Shown: positions 47,830 to 59,675 of the stretch, piece by piece
How positions within the stretch are numbered: the first letter of the stretch is position 1
Layout of the letters: the number at the start of each line of letters is the position of its first letter
NCBI GenBank assembly: GCA_038212275.1
Contig: JBBQUR010000014.1
Span: forward strand, 73,533-137,532
DNA length: 64,000 nt
Direction of reading: 5' to 3'
From: Planctomycetota bacterium
Lineage (GTDB): Bacteria; Planctomycetota; B15-G4
Position numbers and translations under genes: made by a program
Notes under the pieces: model-generated
Database searches by the model: none
Seen by the model: only the letters and a program-made list of their open reading frames with translations
Told to the model about the DNA's origin: nothing

Positions 47830-48444
47830 GCCGACACACGTTTTTCCGTGCCGGGCGAGGCGGTCAGCACCCTCGGCGCTTGCGCTTCTCGACGCCGTCG
47901 CACGCCCGCTGAGGTTGAACGTCCGGACGGCGAGCGCGCCTGGCCGGTGTCTCGGGCGGAGCGGTGGCCCGGACGAATGATGAGGCTCTTCCGGAACGCG
48001 AGCGCTGCGCATTCGTGAGCCAGCGAACTGCGGGCCGCTTCGGCGGGTGCCTGACGTCTCCGCCGCTGCGTGACGCGTTCTCTGTGCCTGCCGCGCGCCG
48101 TGTTTATCCCGCGCAGAGCAGGACTCGCTGAGACCTGCGCGCCGAGAGGCACGCGCTCACCCTCTCGAACCGAGTGTCTCGCGCCGAGAATCCAGCGCTG
48201 CGCCGTGCACGCCAAGCATTGCCCGCTCGAGCATGGCGTGCTGAACATTCCGCACCTGAGCATCACGCGCCAAGCACCGCAATCTCCCCATCCCCGCTCA
48301 AGCGATGCCTGACCGCATCACGAGTTCACCACCACCTCATTGCGGAGAATGCGTTCCCCAAAAGCCCATGCGTGAGGCTCAGCGAAGCGCCCGCCGGGAC
48401 CCGCCCCACCCCCGCATGGCGCGGAACCCCGTGCCTCGGCGTGC

Positions 48445-48568
48445 GTGCGCGGGACGGGAGGTTTGTCCGGCGCGAAGGGCGCCGCTCCCGGAACCGTGAC
48501 GTGTCCTGTTGCCCCAGGGGCGCAGCGCCGGACAATCCTCCCGCCCCGCGCACTCCCCGCCCCATGCG
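48445..48568. repeat. Near-palindromic 109-125-bp element, copy B (inverted relative to copy A), 615 bp downstream
   Basis: gtgcgcgggacgggaggtttgtccggcgcgaagggcgccgctcccggaaccgtgacgtgtcctgttgccccaggggcgcagcgccggacaatcctcccgccccgcgcac + tccccgcccc flank. Confidence 0.8.
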
Positions 48569-48704
48569 ACTCCCGCGCATCTCGCCACCAGGGGCAGCCC
48601 CCGGCCAAGCAAAGCCGCGCCCCAGGCTAGCTCTCCCCAGCTGGAGTAGGCTTTCCAGCAACCGTCTCTCCCGACCCGATCCGCGACACAGTGAGGCTCC
48701 CTCC

Positions 48705-50264
48705 ATGTTCTTTCCGACGCCCATTCGTCCTGGTTCGCTCCTGCGCCCGACCGGCGCCGTGCTTCTGGTCGCCGCCGCCCTCTCGTCCGTGCCGCTCGTG
48801 GCGCAGGCCACGAGCACGAGCCTGGAGAAGTTCAAGCACAGTCCGGCCGTGACCTTCGACAGCTTCGGCAAGGCGGTCGCCGTGGAGGGCGACAGGGCGC
48901 TGATCACCGCCATTGGTGTCGACGGCAAGGGGGCCGCGTTCAGCTACCGGCGCCATGGCGACGCGTGGGACTTCTCGCAGAAATTCCGCGGCGCCGACAC
49001 GCTCGCGGGCGACGCTTTCGGGTTCAAGGCGCAGATCGCCGGCGACTACGCCGTGCTCAGCGGGCATCAGAAGGACAAGGGCGCCCTGTTCGATGCCGGC
49101 GCGGCCTATGTCTTCCACGACGACGGCACGACCTGGACGCAGGTGCAGAAGCTGGAGGCCCCCGACCCCGCGGCCTCGGATTTCTTCGGCTGGTCCGTCT
49201 CGATGGGCGGCGACCTCATCGTCGTCGGCGCCATCGACGACGACGACGGCGGCAACCTCACGGGCTCCGCCTACGTCTTCAGGCGCTCGGGACCGACGTG
49301 GGTGTTCGAGCAGAAGCTGCACGCTTCCGACGCCGGTACCGAGGACGAGTTCGGCTTCGACGTCGACACCGATGGCCAGACCATCGTCATTTCCACGCCG
49401 ATGGGCGGTCTCGGCGCGGTGCCGACCGGTTCGGTCTACGTCTTCAAGCACGACGGCACGAGCTGGGTCGAAGTGCAGCACATCGGGCCGGCGGACGGAG
49501 CCGCGACCGACTACTTCGGCTGGGACATCCAGCTCGACGGCAACCGCCTCGCGATCGGCGCGCCCAAGCGCGACCTCACGAAGCTCGACGGCGGCGCCGT
49601 CTACCTCTACCGCGACAACGGCACGCGCTTCGTGCTGGAAGACGAGTTCGCGCCGAGCAAGGTCTCGGCCTCGGATGTCTTCGGCTGGTCGGTCGCCCTC
49701 CAAGGCGATCGTCTCGTGTCGGGAGCTCCGAGCACGACGATCGAAGGCGGATCACCCGACCTGTTCGATGGCGCGCTGTACCAGTTCCACTTCAACGGGT
49801 CGCGCTGGGTGGAAGCGCACCAGTGGCTCAGCGCCGATGTGGCGGTGGCCGCCTGGCCCGGGCCCAACCTCGGTCAGTCCTGTGCGCTCGACGGAACGAC
49901 GGTCTTCGCCGGCGCGCCGTTCCACGACGGCGGCGCGATCAACTCAGGCGCAGCCTATCGCTTCGAACTCACGGACCTCGGCCTCGACGCGCTGCCGGAC
50001 TCCGTGCCCGCCGGCGGACAGCTGACCCTGACGACGGACGGCGGCCTCGCCGGAGCCAAGGCAGGACTCCTGGTGACGGCCTTCGGCGGAACGCCGATCA
50101 GCTACGTGATCTGGATCAGCGCCTTCGACGCGCAGGGAAAGTCGACGCTGGAGGTCACGGTGCCGGCCGTCGTGTCGGGCTTCGACGCCGTCATCGTCGC
50201 CGCAGGCTTCTGGCACGCCGGCCCCTTCACGCTCTCCAACCCGGTGACGGTGAGCTTCCAGTAG
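48705..50264 (+). CDS. Secreted FG-GAP repeat (integrin-alpha-like beta-propeller) protein
   Basis: Signal peptide MFFPTPIRPGSLLRPTGAVLLVAAALSSVPLVAQA; repeated D-x-FG-x-S/D-V...GAP units (DAFGFKAQIAGD, DFFGWSVSMGGD, DEFGFDVDTDGQ, DYFGWDIQLDGN, DVFGWSVALQGD). Confidence 0.8.
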   Translation: MFFPTPIRPGSLLRPTGAVLLVAAALSSVPLVAQATSTSLEKFKHSPAVTFDSFGKAVAVEGDRALITAIGVDGKGAAFSYRRHGDAWDFSQKFRGADTLAGDAFGFKAQIAGDYAVLSGHQKDKGALFDAGAAYVFHDDGTTWTQVQKLEAPDPAASDFFGWSVSMGGDLIVVGAIDDDDGGNLTGSAYVFRRSGPTWVFEQKLHASDAGTEDEFGFDVDTDGQTIVISTPMGGLGAVPTGSVYVFKHDGTSWVEVQHIGPADGAATDYFGWDIQLDGNRLAIGAPKRDLTKLDGGAVYLYRDNGTRFVLEDEFAPSKVSASDVFGWSVALQGDRLVSGAPSTTIEGGSPDLFDGALYQFHFNGSRWVEAHQWLSADVAVAAWPGPNLGQSCALDGTTVFAGAPFHDGGAINSGAAYRFELTDLGLDALPDSVPAGGQLTLTTDGGLAGAKAGLLVTAFGGTPISYVIWISAFDAQGKSTLEVTVPAVVSGFDAVIVAAGFWHAGPFTLSNPVTVSFQ

Positions 50265-50266
50265 GC

Positions 50267-50350
50267 GTCACCGGGCACCGCGTCACCGGGCGCCGCGTCA
50301 CCGGGCGCTGCGTCACGGGGCGCTGCGTCACGGGGCGCCGAGTCACCGAG
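50267..50350. repeat. 15-bp tandem repeat x5.6 (GTCACCGGGCGCCGC) filling the convergent intergenic gap; followed by 9-bp GCCGGGTGC x3
   Basis: gtcaccgggcaccgc/gtcaccgggcgccgc/gtcaccgggcgctgc/gtcacggggcgctgc/gtcacggggcgccga/gtcaccgag. Confidence 0.8.
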
Positions 50351-50395
50351 TCACGGCAGCCACGCCGGGCGCGCCGGGTGCGCCGGGTGCGCCCG

Positions 50396-51865
50396 TCACT
50401 CCGCCGTCGTCACCGCGGGAGGATGCGGGTCGTACCAGCCGCCGACGTTCGCCGTGAGTTCGTCGGCCTGCTGCGGCCCCCACGTTCCGGGATCGTATTC
50501 GATGACCGGCGTGCTGGTGTGCAGGATCGGATCCACGATCTCCCACGCGCGCACGACGGCGTCGGCGCGCGCAAAGAGCATCGCGTCGCCGTTCATCGCA
50601 TCGCCGAGCAGCCGTTCGTAGGCATCCATCTCGTCGGCGCTCGGCTGGCGCACGACGGACAGTTCCGTGGACTGCGCGGCCAGCACCTCGCCTGGTTTCT
50701 TGACGCGCGCGCCGAGAGCGATGACCACGTCGGGCGAGAGCCTGAAGCGCACGTGATTCGTGTTGCCGGTCGCGATGCGCTGCAGCGGCGGCCGCTTGAA
50801 GCGCACGAGGATCTCGGTGCACGAGACGGGCAGGCACTTGCCGGCGCGGATCGTGAAGGGCACGCCTTCCCAGCGCCAGCTGTCCACCGCGAGGCGCACC
50901 GCCGCGTAGGTCTCGACGCGGCTGTCCTTCGCGACGCCGGCCTCGTCGCGGTAGCCGCGGAACTGGCCGCGCACGAGTTGTTCCGGCTGCAGCGGCCTGA
51001 TCGCGCGGAACACCTTGACCTGCTCGTCGCGCAGGCGCTCCGCCGACGTGCTGCCCGGCGGCTCCATCGCGAGAAAGCCCACCACCTGCAGCAGGTGATT
51101 CTGGATGACGTCGCGGATCGCGCCGGCCTCCTCGTAGAACTTGCCGCGGCCGCTCACGCCGAAGCTCTCGGCCATGGTGATCTGCACGTTCTCGACGTAG
51201 TTGCGGTTCCACACCGGCTCGAGGAAGGTGTTCGCGAAGCGGAAGAACAGGATGTTCTGCACCGCCTCCTTGCCGAGGTAGTGGTCGATGCGGAAGACCG
51301 ACTCCTCCGCGAAGACGCCGTGCAGCGTCTCATTGAGCGAGAGCGCCGACGCGAGATCGCGGCCGAAGGGCTTCTCCACGATGACGCGCGCGTTCTTCGC
51401 GCAGCCCGAGCGCCCCAGCCCCTCGACCACCACCGGGAACATGCTCGGCGGGATGGCGAGGTAGTGCGCCGGCCGCTGCGCGCCGTCCAGCTCGCGGCGC
51501 AGCGCCTCGAAGGTGGCGGGCGCGTTGTAGTCGCCGTCGACGTAGCGGAGCTGGGCGACGAGCCTGGCGAAGAGCGCCTCGTCGAAGGGCTTGCGCCCGT
51601 GCAGCTCCAGGCTCTCGCGGGCGCGCGCGCAGAAGCGCGGAAGATCCCAGCCCGCCTTCGCGACGCCGATCACCTTCATGTCGAGGTGGCCACGCCGCAG
51701 CATCGACGCGAGCGCCGGGAAGATCTTCTTGAACGCGAGATCGCCGGTCGCGCCGAAGAAGACGAGCGCGTCGCTCTGCGGCCGCGAGCCGACAGCGCCG
51801 TTGCCGGCGCGCACGGCGTGGACGGCGTTCACGTCGAACGCCTCGGAGGCGTCGGACGCGCTCAC
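50396..51865 (-). CDS. zwf: Glucose-6-phosphate 1-dehydrogenase
   Basis: GATGDLA NADP motif, RIDHYLGKE active-site motif; GTG start in GTGA overlap with gnd stop. Confidence 0.9.
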   Translation of the reverse strand: MSASDASEAFDVNAVHAVRAGNGAVGSRPQSDALVFFGATGDLAFKKIFPALASMLRRGHLDMKVIGVAKAGWDLPRFCARARESLELHGRKPFDEALFARLVAQLRYVDGDYNAPATFEALRRELDGAQRPAHYLAIPPSMFPVVVEGLGRSGCAKNARVIVEKPFGRDLASALSLNETLHGVFAEESVFRIDHYLGKEAVQNILFFRFANTFLEPVWNRNYVENVQITMAESFGVSGRGKFYEEAGAIRDVIQNHLLQVVGFLAMEPPGSTSAERLRDEQVKVFRAIRPLQPEQLVRGQFRGYRDEAGVAKDSRVETYAAVRLAVDSWRWEGVPFTIRAGKCLPVSCTEILVRFKRPPLQRIATGNTNHVRFRLSPDVVIALGARVKKPGEVLAAQSTELSVVRQPSADEMDAYERLLGDAMNGDAMLFARADAVVRAWEIVDPILHTSTPVIEYDPGTWGPQQADELTANVGGWYDPHPPAVTTAE

Positions 51866-52890
51866 TTTGCGCCCTTCTCGAGATGCCCCCCGAACGCGAA
51901 GCGCATGGCGGACAGCAGCTTGTGCGCGTACTCGCCCTCGCCGCGCGACGAGAATCGATCGAACAGCGCGGCCGTGAGCACCGGCGCAGGCACGCCCTCG
52001 TCCACCGCCGCCGCGATGGTCCAGCGTCCTTCGCCGGAGTCCGACACTCGGCCCGAATACTCGGAAAGGTCCGGACTCTTCGCGAGCGCCGCCGCCGTGA
52101 GGTCCAGCAGCCACGACGAGATCACGCTGCCGCGGCGCCACACTTCCGTGACGGCGCCGATGTCAAGGTCGTAGCGATACTGTTCCGGGTGGGAGAGAGG
52201 CGTGGTCTCCGCGTCATGCGCGCCGCCCGCCGTGCTGCCGACGTTCGCGTGGCGCAGGATGTTGAGCCCCTCCGCATAGGCGGCCATGAGTCCGTACTCG
52301 ATGCCGTTGTGCACCATCTTGACGAAGTGCCCGGCGCCCACGGGCCCGCAATGCAGCCAGCCGCGCTCGGCGGTGGCCGCCGCACCCGTGCTGCCCTCGC
52401 GGCCCGGCGTGCGGGCGATATCGCCCGCGCCCGGCGCGAGCGTCTCGAAGATCGGCGCGAGGCGCTCCACGACGGCGCGCTCGCCGCCGACCATCAGGCA
52501 GTAACCGCGCTCGCGGCCCCACACGCCGCCGCTCGTTCCGGCGTCCACCCAGTGCAGCTCGCGCTTTCCGAGCCGCGCGGCGCGCGCGATGTCGTCGTGG
52601 TAGCGGGAATTGCCGCCATCGATGATCGTGTCGCCCGGCGACAGCAGCGGGACGAGCTGCTCGAGCAGGCCGTCCACGGCGCCCGCGGGAATCATGAGCC
52701 ACACCGCGCGCGGCGCGGCCAGCTTCTGCACGAAGTCCGCCAGCGAGCTGCTGGCGGTTGCGCCCTGCCTGCCGAGCTCGGCCATGGGTGCCGGCGTCTT
52801 GTTGAACACCACGCACGCGTGCCCGCCCGCCATGAGCCGCTGCACCATGTTGGAGCCCATCCGTCCGAGGCCGATCATCCCGAGTTGCAT
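51862..52890 (-). CDS. gnd: 6-phosphogluconate dehydrogenase, decarboxylating, short-form (GntZ/YqeC-like)
   Basis: [15 protein letters not shown] Rossmann, [16 protein letters not shown]. Confidence 0.85.
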   Translation of the reverse strand: MQLGMIGLGRMGSNMVQRLMAGGHACVVFNKTPAPMAELGRQGATASSSLADFVQKLAAPRAVWLMIPAGAVDGLLEQLVPLLSPGDTIIDGGNSRYHDDIARAARLGKRELHWVDAGTSGGVWGRERGYCLMVGGERAVVERLAPIFETLAPGAGDIARTPGREGSTGAAATAERGWLHCGPVGAGHFVKMVHNGIEYGLMAAYAEGLNILRHANVGSTAGGAHDAETTPLSHPEQYRYDLDIGAVTEVWRRGSVISSWLLDLTAAALAKSPDLSEYSGRVSDSGEGRWTIAAAVDEGVPAPVLTAALFDRFSSRGEGEYAHKLLSAMRFAFGGHLEKGAK

Positions 52891-53149
52891 CGCCGTCTCC
52901 TTGTGTCGCGGACGCGGGCAGGCCGGCTCCCGCGGAGTCTTTCGCGGCCGAGGCGGAAGTGTCCGCCGTGCCGACGCCGAGTATGCCTGTCACGGGCGCG
53001 ACGCGACATGCCCGCGTGTCTCTCGAGGCCGCCCCCGAAAGGAATGGCCCGGCTCCTCACCCTGCATGTCCGACTGGCAGGCCCGGTGCTACTGTCTGAG
53101 CACGCTGGATCGGCAGGCGCTCATCACCCGTCGCGCACGGAGCAGGAGA

Positions 53150-54475
53150 ATGGCGGTCGCCGTGACATCACGCGGGAAGTCGGGTGCCGAGTCGCTGCTG
53201 CTCGCCGTCAACGGCGGGTCCTCCAGCCTGAGGTGCTCGCTCTTCCGCAGCGAGGCCGACGGCGCCGCAGGCGAGGCGCTCGTGCGCATGCTCGGCGTCC
53301 ACGTCGAGCGCGTCGGCGCTGACGATCCGGTCCTGACCGGGCGGACCGCGCAAGGTGCGGGCAGTGCCACCCGACCCGTGTCGCAGGAAGCGCCGCTGAA
53401 GGCTGCGCAGGCCGCCGATCACGTTCGCGCGCTGCAGGCCGCGCTCGACTGGATGGCTGGACATGTCGCGCTGGACGCCGTGGCCGCCGTGGGGCTTCGC
53501 ATCGTGCACGGCGGCCCGCGCTGCCTGTCCACGCAGGAGGCCACGCCCGCGCTGCGAGAGGAACTGGAGCGCATCGCGCCCTTCGCACCCGAGCACGTGC
53601 CGGCGCAGATCGCGTTGCTCGACGCCTGCACGCGCCGCTTCCCGGAGGCCGCCCGGGTGCTCTGCTTCGACACGGCCTTTCACCGGGACCTGCCGCGCGA
53701 GGCGCACATCCTGGCCTTGCCGCGCCGCCTGCTGCGCGAAGGCGTGCGGCGTTACGGCTTTCACGGACTCTCGTGCGCGTTCCTCATGCACGAGCTGCAG
53801 CGCGTCGGCAGCGTGCAGGAGGCCGGCGGCCGGGTGATCCTCGCGCACCTGGGCCACGGCGCCAGCCTGACCGCCGTGCGCAACGGCGCGAGCCTCGACA
53901 CCAGCATGGGTTTCACGCCCGCGGCGGGTATCCCGATGAGCACGCGCTCCGGCGACCTCGATCCGGGCCTCGTGAACTACCTCGCGCGCACCGAAGGACA
54001 GACGGCCGACCGATTCGACGACATGGTGAACAGGCGCTCGGGGTTGCTGGGCGTGTCGGAGACCAGCGGCGACATGCGCGCACTCCTCGCCCTCGAGCCC
54101 CGCGATCCGCGCGCGGCCGACGCCGTGGCGCTGTTCTGCTACCAGGCGCGCAAGACCGTCGGTGCGTTCACGGCCGCGCTCGGCGGGCTGGACACGCTCG
54201 TGTTCGCCGGAGGCATCGGCGAAAACGCGCCGACCATCCGCGCGCGGATCTGCGAGGGACTGCAGTGCCTCGGTCTGGTCCTCGACGAGCAGCGCAACGC
54301 CGCCGGTGCCGACATCCTCTCCCGCGACGACAGCCGCGTGCGCGTGCGCCTCATCCGCACCGACGAGGAGTTGCAGATCGCGCGCGAGGTCGCGCTGCTG
54401 CTCGCCCGAACTTCATCAAAGACACATGATCACGTCGTGACATGCGTGCACCCCAAGGAAGCAAAGCGCCCATGA
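53150..54475 (+). CDS. ackA: Acetate kinase
   Basis: [10 protein letters not shown] (N-terminal ASKHA), [14 protein letters not shown] motifs; SD AGGAG before ATG 53150. Confidence 0.85.
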   Translation: MAVAVTSRGKSGAESLLLAVNGGSSSLRCSLFRSEADGAAGEALVRMLGVHVERVGADDPVLTGRTAQGAGSATRPVSQEAPLKAAQAADHVRALQAALDWMAGHVALDAVAAVGLRIVHGGPRCLSTQEATPALREELERIAPFAPEHVPAQIALLDACTRRFPEAARVLCFDTAFHRDLPREAHILALPRRLLREGVRRYGFHGLSCAFLMHELQRVGSVQEAGGRVILAHLGHGASLTAVRNGASLDTSMGFTPAAGIPMSTRSGDLDPGLVNYLARTEGQTADRFDDMVNRRSGLLGVSETSGDMRALLALEPRDPRAADAVALFCYQARKTVGAFTAALGGLDTLVFAGGIGENAPTIRARICEGLQCLGLVLDEQRNAAGADILSRDDSRVRVRLIRTDEELQIAREVALLLARTSSKTHDHVVTCVHPKEAKRP

Positions 54476-56928
54476 GCACCACCGACAATCCCTCGCGGCC
54501 CGCGAAGCCCGGCCGCGGCCGTCAGCCGGCCACGTCCGCTGCAGGCGCAACCGCCGCGCCGCTGGACCCCGTGCTGCTGCGCCGCATGCACGCGTGGTGG
54601 CGCGCGGCCAACTACCTGTCTGTCGGGCAGATCTACCTGCTCGACAACCCGCTGCTGCGAAAGCCGCTGCGCCGCCGGCATGTCAAGCCGCGCCTGCTCG
54701 GGCACTGGGGCACGACGCCCGGCCTGAACTTCGTGTACGTGCACCTGAACCGCGTGATCCGCGAGCACGGACTGAACGTCCTCAACATCACGGGCCCGGG
54801 TCACGGCGGGCCGGGGCTGGTGGCCAACGCCTACCTCGAGGGCACCTACTCCGAGGTCTATCCCGAGATCTCGCGCGACGAAGAAGGCATGCGCCGCCTC
54901 TTCAAGCAGTTCTCGTTCCCCGGCGGCATCCCGAGTCACGTCGCGCCGGAGACACCGGGCTCCATGCACGAGGGCGGCGAACTGGGCTACGCGCTCGTGC
55001 ACGCCTACGGCGCGGCCTTCGACAACCCCGACCTCCTCGTGGCCTGCGTCATCGGCGACGGCGAGGCCGAGACCGGTCCGCTCGCCGCGAGCTGGCACTC
55101 CAACAAATTCGTCAACCCCGCGCGTGATGGCGCCGTGCTGCCCATCCTGCACCTCAACGGCTGGAAGATCGCGAACCCGACGGTGCTCGCGCGCATTCCT
55201 CACGCGGAGCTCGATGCGCTGCTGCGCGGCTACGGCCACGCACCGCTTTACGTGGAGGGCGACGACCCGGCCGTGCTGCACCAGACGATGGCCGCGGCGC
55301 TCGACGGCGCGCTCGCCGACATCCGCGCGATCCAGAGCGACGCGCGCACCCACGGCTTCAAGGCGCGCGTGCCGTGGCCGATGATCGTGCTGCGCACGCC
55401 CAAGGGCTGGACGGGACCCAGGGAAGTGGACGGCAAGCCGGTCGAGGGCACGTGGCGCAGTCACCAGGTCCCGATGGGCGACATGGATCGCCCGGAACAC
55501 CTCGCGATCCTCGACACCTGGATGCGCAGCTACAAGCCCGAAGAGCTCTTCGACGAGCAGGGCCGCCTGCTCGCGGAGTTCGCGGAGCTGGCGCCGGCAG
55601 GCACCCGCCGCATGAGCGCCAACCCGCACTCGAACGGCGGCCTGCTGCTGCGCGACCTGCGCATGCCGGACTACCGCACGCTTGCGGTTGCCGTGCCGTC
55701 GCCCGGCGCGACGACCGCGGAAGCCACCCGCACCCAGGGCGCCTTCCTGCGCGACGTCATGAAGCTGAACGCCGAGCACGCCAACTTCCGCGTCTTCGGC
55801 CCGGATGAGACGGCGAGCAATCGCTGGAGCGCGCTGTTCGAGGTCACCGAGCGTTGCTGGACGGCGCCGCCCGTGCGCGGCGACGACCACCTCGCGCCAG
55901 ACGGCCGCGTGATGGAGGTGCTCTCCGAGCACATGTGCCAGGGCTGGCTCGAGGGATACCTGCTCTCGGGGCGCCACGGCTTCCTGAATTGCTACGAGGC
56001 CTTCATCCACATCATCGACTCGATGTTCAACCAGCACGCCAAGTGGCTGAAGACGTGCTCGCACATTCCGTGGCGGCGGCCGATCGCGTCGCTGAACTAC
56101 CTGCTCTCGTCGCACGTGTGGCGCCAGGATCACAACGGCTTCTCGCACCAGGACCCGGGCTTCCTCGATCACGTGGTGAACAAGAAGGCCGAGATCATCC
56201 GCGTGTACCTGCCGCCGGACGCCAACACGCTGCTGCACGTGACCGACCGCTGCCTGCGCAGCCGCAACCTCGTCAACGTGATCGTGGCGGGCAAGCAGCC
56301 GGCGCCGCAGTGGCTGGACATGGACGCGGCCGTGCGGCACTGCACCGCCGGCATCGGCATCTGGGAGTGGGCCAGCAACGACAAGGGCGACGACCCCGAC
56401 GTCGTCATGGCCTGCTGCGGCGACGTGCCCACGCTGGAGACGCTGGCCGCCGTGAAGCTGCTGCGCGAGCACGCGCCGGAGCTGAAGGTGCGCGTGATCA
56501 ACGTCGTCGACCTGATGAAGCAGCAGCCGCGGAGCGAGCATCCGGAAGGCCTGACCGACGCGCAGTTCGACGTGCTGTTCACGCAGGACAAACCCGTCGT
56601 CTTCGCGTTCCACGGCTACCCGTGGCTCATCCACCGGCTCACGTACCGCCGCACCAATCACGGCAACATCCACGTGCGCGGCTACAAGGAGGAGGGCACG
56701 ACGACGACGCCCTTCGACATGGTCGTGCTCAACGACCTCGACCGCTTCCACCTCGTAGCGGACGTGATCGAGCGCGTGCCGAAGCTGGGACCGCGCGCGG
56801 CCTACGCTCAGCAGGCCATCCGCGACAAGCTCATCGAACACAAGCAGTACATCGCCGAACACGGCGAGGACCTGCCCGAGATCCGCGAGTGGACCTGGGC
56901 CGGGCGCAGCTCCGGAGATCGGCCATGA
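54472..56928 (+). CDS. xfp: Xylulose-5-phosphate/fructose-6-phosphate phosphoketolase
   Basis: [29 protein letters not shown] ThDP-binding signatures; ATGA overlaps on both sides. Confidence 0.95.
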   Translation: MSTTDNPSRPAKPGRGRQPATSAAGATAAPLDPVLLRRMHAWWRAANYLSVGQIYLLDNPLLRKPLRRRHVKPRLLGHWGTTPGLNFVYVHLNRVIREHGLNVLNITGPGHGGPGLVANAYLEGTYSEVYPEISRDEEGMRRLFKQFSFPGGIPSHVAPETPGSMHEGGELGYALVHAYGAAFDNPDLLVACVIGDGEAETGPLAASWHSNKFVNPARDGAVLPILHLNGWKIANPTVLARIPHAELDALLRGYGHAPLYVEGDDPAVLHQTMAAALDGALADIRAIQSDARTHGFKARVPWPMIVLRTPKGWTGPREVDGKPVEGTWRSHQVPMGDMDRPEHLAILDTWMRSYKPEELFDEQGRLLAEFAELAPAGTRRMSANPHSNGGLLLRDLRMPDYRTLAVAVPSPGATTAEATRTQGAFLRDVMKLNAEHANFRVFGPDETASNRWSALFEVTERCWTAPPVRGDDHLAPDGRVMEVLSEHMCQGWLEGYLLSGRHGFLNCYEAFIHIIDSMFNQHAKWLKTCSHIPWRRPIASLNYLLSSHVWRQDHNGFSHQDPGFLDHVVNKKAEIIRVYLPPDANTLLHVTDRCLRSRNLVNVIVAGKQPAPQWLDMDAAVRHCTAGIGIWEWASNDKGDDPDVVMACCGDVPTLETLAAVKLLREHAPELKVRVINVVDLMKQQPRSEHPEGLTDAQFDVLFTQDKPVVFAFHGYPWLIHRLTYRRTNHGNIHVRGYKEEGTTTTPFDMVVLNDLDRFHLVADVIERVPKLGPRAAYAQQAIRDKLIEHKQYIAEHGEDLPEIREWTWAGRSSGDRP

Positions 56929-59624
56929 CGCCGTCGTCGCGGATTCCCGAGCGCGAACCCGGGCAGCCGGCATCCGCTCGCGGCCGGGCGGAACAGCCCT
57001 CCGAGGAAGAGGTCACCTGCGGTCTCGTGAGGCCCGGCGAGGACATCCGCGCCGGCAGCACGGCGGAAGCCTTGCGCCAGGCGCTGCTGGACAACCTGCT
57101 CTCGGTGCAGGGCCGCACGCCCGACCTCGCCACGCCCAACGACTGGTACATGGCGCTGGCCCACACGGTGCGCGACCGCATGCTGCAGCGCTGGATCGGA
57201 ACGAACGTCGCGCTGCGCGGGCAGTCCGTCCGCGTGGTGGGCTACCTGTCCGCGGAGTTCCTCGTCGGTCCGCAGCTCGGCAACAACATGCTGAGTCTCG
57301 GGATCACGGAGGCGGTGCGCGAGGCGTGCGCCTGCCTCGGGCTCGACCTGCATGCGCTGCTCGACCTGGAGGAGGAGCCGGGCCTCGGCAACGGCGGGCT
57401 CGGCCGGCTGGCGGCCTGCTACATGGACTCGCTCGCCACGCTGCAGGTGCTCGCCATCGGCTACGGCATCCGCTACGAATTCGGCATCTTCGACCAGGTC
57501 ATCCGCGACGGCGCGCAGGTCGAGGTCGGCGACACGTGGCTGAAGCCCGGCCATCCGTGGGAGATCCACCGCCCGGAGATCTGTCACCGGGTGGGCTTCG
57601 GCGGGAGCACGGAGTGGTTCACCGACACGCACGGCATGGCGCGCAAGCGCTGGCTTCCGGACCGCGTTGTGCTCGGCGTCGCGTACGACGTGCCGGTGCC
57701 GGGCTACCGCGTGAACACCACGAACTTCCTGCGCCTGTGGAAGGCCGAGGCCGTCGAGAGCTTCGACTTCGCGGCCTTCAACACCGGCGACTACGAACGC
57801 GCCGTGGAGCAGAAGCTGAAGTCCGAGACGCTCACCAAGGTGCTCTACCCCAACGACGAACAGCTCCGGGGCAAGCAGCTCCGGCTCGAACAGCAGGCAT
57901 TCTTCACGTCGTGCTCGCTGCAGGACATGATCACCATCCACCTGAGCGGCAGGCAGCGGCTGGAGGGAGCGGAGGTCCGCTTCGCCGTGCAGCTCAATGA
58001 CACGCACCCCTCCATCGCGGTCGCGGAGCTCATGCGGCTGCTGCTCGACGAGCACGGCTGGAGCTGGGACGAGGCGTGGAAGGTCACGCACCGCACGCTG
58101 GCGTACACCAACCACACGCTGCTGCCCGAAGCGCTCGAGACCTGGTCGCTGCCACTCTTCCGGAGCGTGCTGCCGCGGCACCTGGAAATCATCTACGAGA
58201 TCAACCGCCGCTTTCTCGACGAGGTCCGGGCGCGCTGGCCCGGTGACGAGGCGCGAGTGGAGCGCATGTCGATCATCGACGAGCGCGGCGACAAGGCCGT
58301 GCGCATGGCGCACCTCGCCGTCGTCGGCTCCCATGCGGTGAACGGCGTGGCCGCGCTGCACACGGAACTGCTGAAGCGCCACCTGCTGCACGACTTCTTC
58401 GAATTGTGGCCCGAGCGCTTTCACAACGTGACCAACGGCGTGACGCTGCGCCGCTGGATGGCGCTCGCCAATCCCGGGCTCACGGAGTTGATCTCGTCCC
58501 GCCTCGGCGACGCGTGGCTCACGCATCCCGAAGAGGAACTCCCGCGACTGGAGTCCTTCGTCGCCGACACGGGCTTCCGCGAGGCGTGGCGCGCCGTGAA
58601 GCTGGCCAACAAGCGCGTGCTCGCCGAGGAGGTCCGCGCGCGACTCGGCATCGAACTGGACCCCGCGTCGCTGTTCGACATCCAGGTGAAGCGACTGCAC
58701 GAGTACAAGCGCCAGCACCTCAACCTGCTGCACGTGATCGCGCTCTGGTGCGAGCTGCGCCGCGGCGGGGCGGCTTCGACGCGATCCAGCGGGGCGGCGG
58801 CCGGTGCGGCCGGTGCGGCCGGTGCGGCGGCTGCGGCGGGCAGGGCGGGCAGGGCGGGCGCGACGGCGCGCGGCGCGCGGCCGGCACGCACCGTGATCTT
58901 CGGCGGCAAGGCAGCGCCCGGCTACTTCATGGCCAAGCTGATCATCCGGCTGATCCACGGCGTCGCGGAGGTGCTGGCCGCCGATCCGGCCACGCGCGAC
59001 CTGCTGCGCGTGGTCTTCATCCCGGACTTCAACGTGAAGCGCGCGCACCACATCTACCCGGCGGCGGACCTGTCCGAGCAGATCTCGACCGCGGGCATGG
59101 AGGCGTCGGGCACGGGCAACATGAAGTTCGCGCTCAACGGCGCGCTGACCATCGGCACGCTCGACGGCGCGAACGTCGAGATCCGCGAGGCCGTGGGCGC
59201 GGAGAACTTTTTCCTCTTCGGGCTCACGGCGGACGAGGTGGCCCGGCGCAAGGCCGACGGCTACCAGCCGCGCCGCCACGTGGACGAGTGCCCGGCGCTG
59301 CGCGAGGCGCTGGACCGGATCTCGGACGGGACCTTCAGCCGCGGAGACCGCAGCCTGTTCCAGCCGCTCGTCGACAACCTGCTGCACCACGACCCCTTCC
59401 TCGTGCTCGCCGACTTCGAGGCCTACGTCGCGTGCCAGCGCGCGGTCGAGGCCGCGTTCGCCGACACCGAGCGCTGGACCACCATGTCGATCCTCAACAC
59501 GGCGCGCATGGGGCACTTCTCCTCCGACCGCTCCGTGCGCGAGTACTGCGAGCAGATCTGGAAGACCGGCCCGGTGCAGGTCGAGCTGCCGTCGCTGGAT
59601 CAGCCGGGGCTGCCTCACGCCTGA
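56925..59624 (+). CDS. glgP: Glycogen/alpha-glucan phosphorylase with ~35-aa Ala/Gly-rich insertion
   Basis: [18 protein letters not shown]-lysine region [22 protein letters not shown]; insertion [34 protein letters not shown] before [13 protein letters not shown]. Confidence 0.9.
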   Translation: MTPSSRIPEREPGQPASARGRAEQPSEEEVTCGLVRPGEDIRAGSTAEALRQALLDNLLSVQGRTPDLATPNDWYMALAHTVRDRMLQRWIGTNVALRGQSVRVVGYLSAEFLVGPQLGNNMLSLGITEAVREACACLGLDLHALLDLEEEPGLGNGGLGRLAACYMDSLATLQVLAIGYGIRYEFGIFDQVIRDGAQVEVGDTWLKPGHPWEIHRPEICHRVGFGGSTEWFTDTHGMARKRWLPDRVVLGVAYDVPVPGYRVNTTNFLRLWKAEAVESFDFAAFNTGDYERAVEQKLKSETLTKVLYPNDEQLRGKQLRLEQQAFFTSCSLQDMITIHLSGRQRLEGAEVRFAVQLNDTHPSIAVAELMRLLLDEHGWSWDEAWKVTHRTLAYTNHTLLPEALETWSLPLFRSVLPRHLEIIYEINRRFLDEVRARWPGDEARVERMSIIDERGDKAVRMAHLAVVGSHAVNGVAALHTELLKRHLLHDFFELWPERFHNVTNGVTLRRWMALANPGLTELISSRLGDAWLTHPEEELPRLESFVADTGFREAWRAVKLANKRVLAEEVRARLGIELDPASLFDIQVKRLHEYKRQHLNLLHVIALWCELRRGGAASTRSSGAAAGAAGAAGAAAAAGRAGRAGATARGARPARTVIFGGKAAPGYFMAKLIIRLIHGVAEVLAADPATRDLLRVVFIPDFNVKRAHHIYPAADLSEQISTAGMEASGTGNMKFALNGALTIGTLDGANVEIREAVGAENFFLFGLTADEVARRKADGYQPRRHVDECPALREALDRISDGTFSRGDRSLFQPLVDNLLHHDPFLVLADFEAYVACQRAVEAAFADTERWTTMSILNTARMGHFSSDRSVREYCEQIWKTGPVQVELPSLDQPGLPHA
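58795..58862. repeat. In-frame 9-bp repeats (GCGGCCGGT x3, GGGCAGGGC x3) inside glgP
   Basis: gcggccggtgcggccggtgcggccggtgcggcggctgcggcgggcagggcgggcagggcgggcg read directly. Confidence 0.75.
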
Positions 59625-59675
59625 GGGAACGGGGCATGCGGTGACGACACGGGCAGTTGCTAGGATCGGCCGCGC

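Noticed and set aside
47669-47871. 13-bp inverted pair gggtgctgaccgc / gcggtcagcaccc bracketing IR copy A
   Set aside because: Kept only as a note inside the main finding. It is short enough that chance in 70% GC DNA cannot be excluded, and it has no counterpart around copy B.
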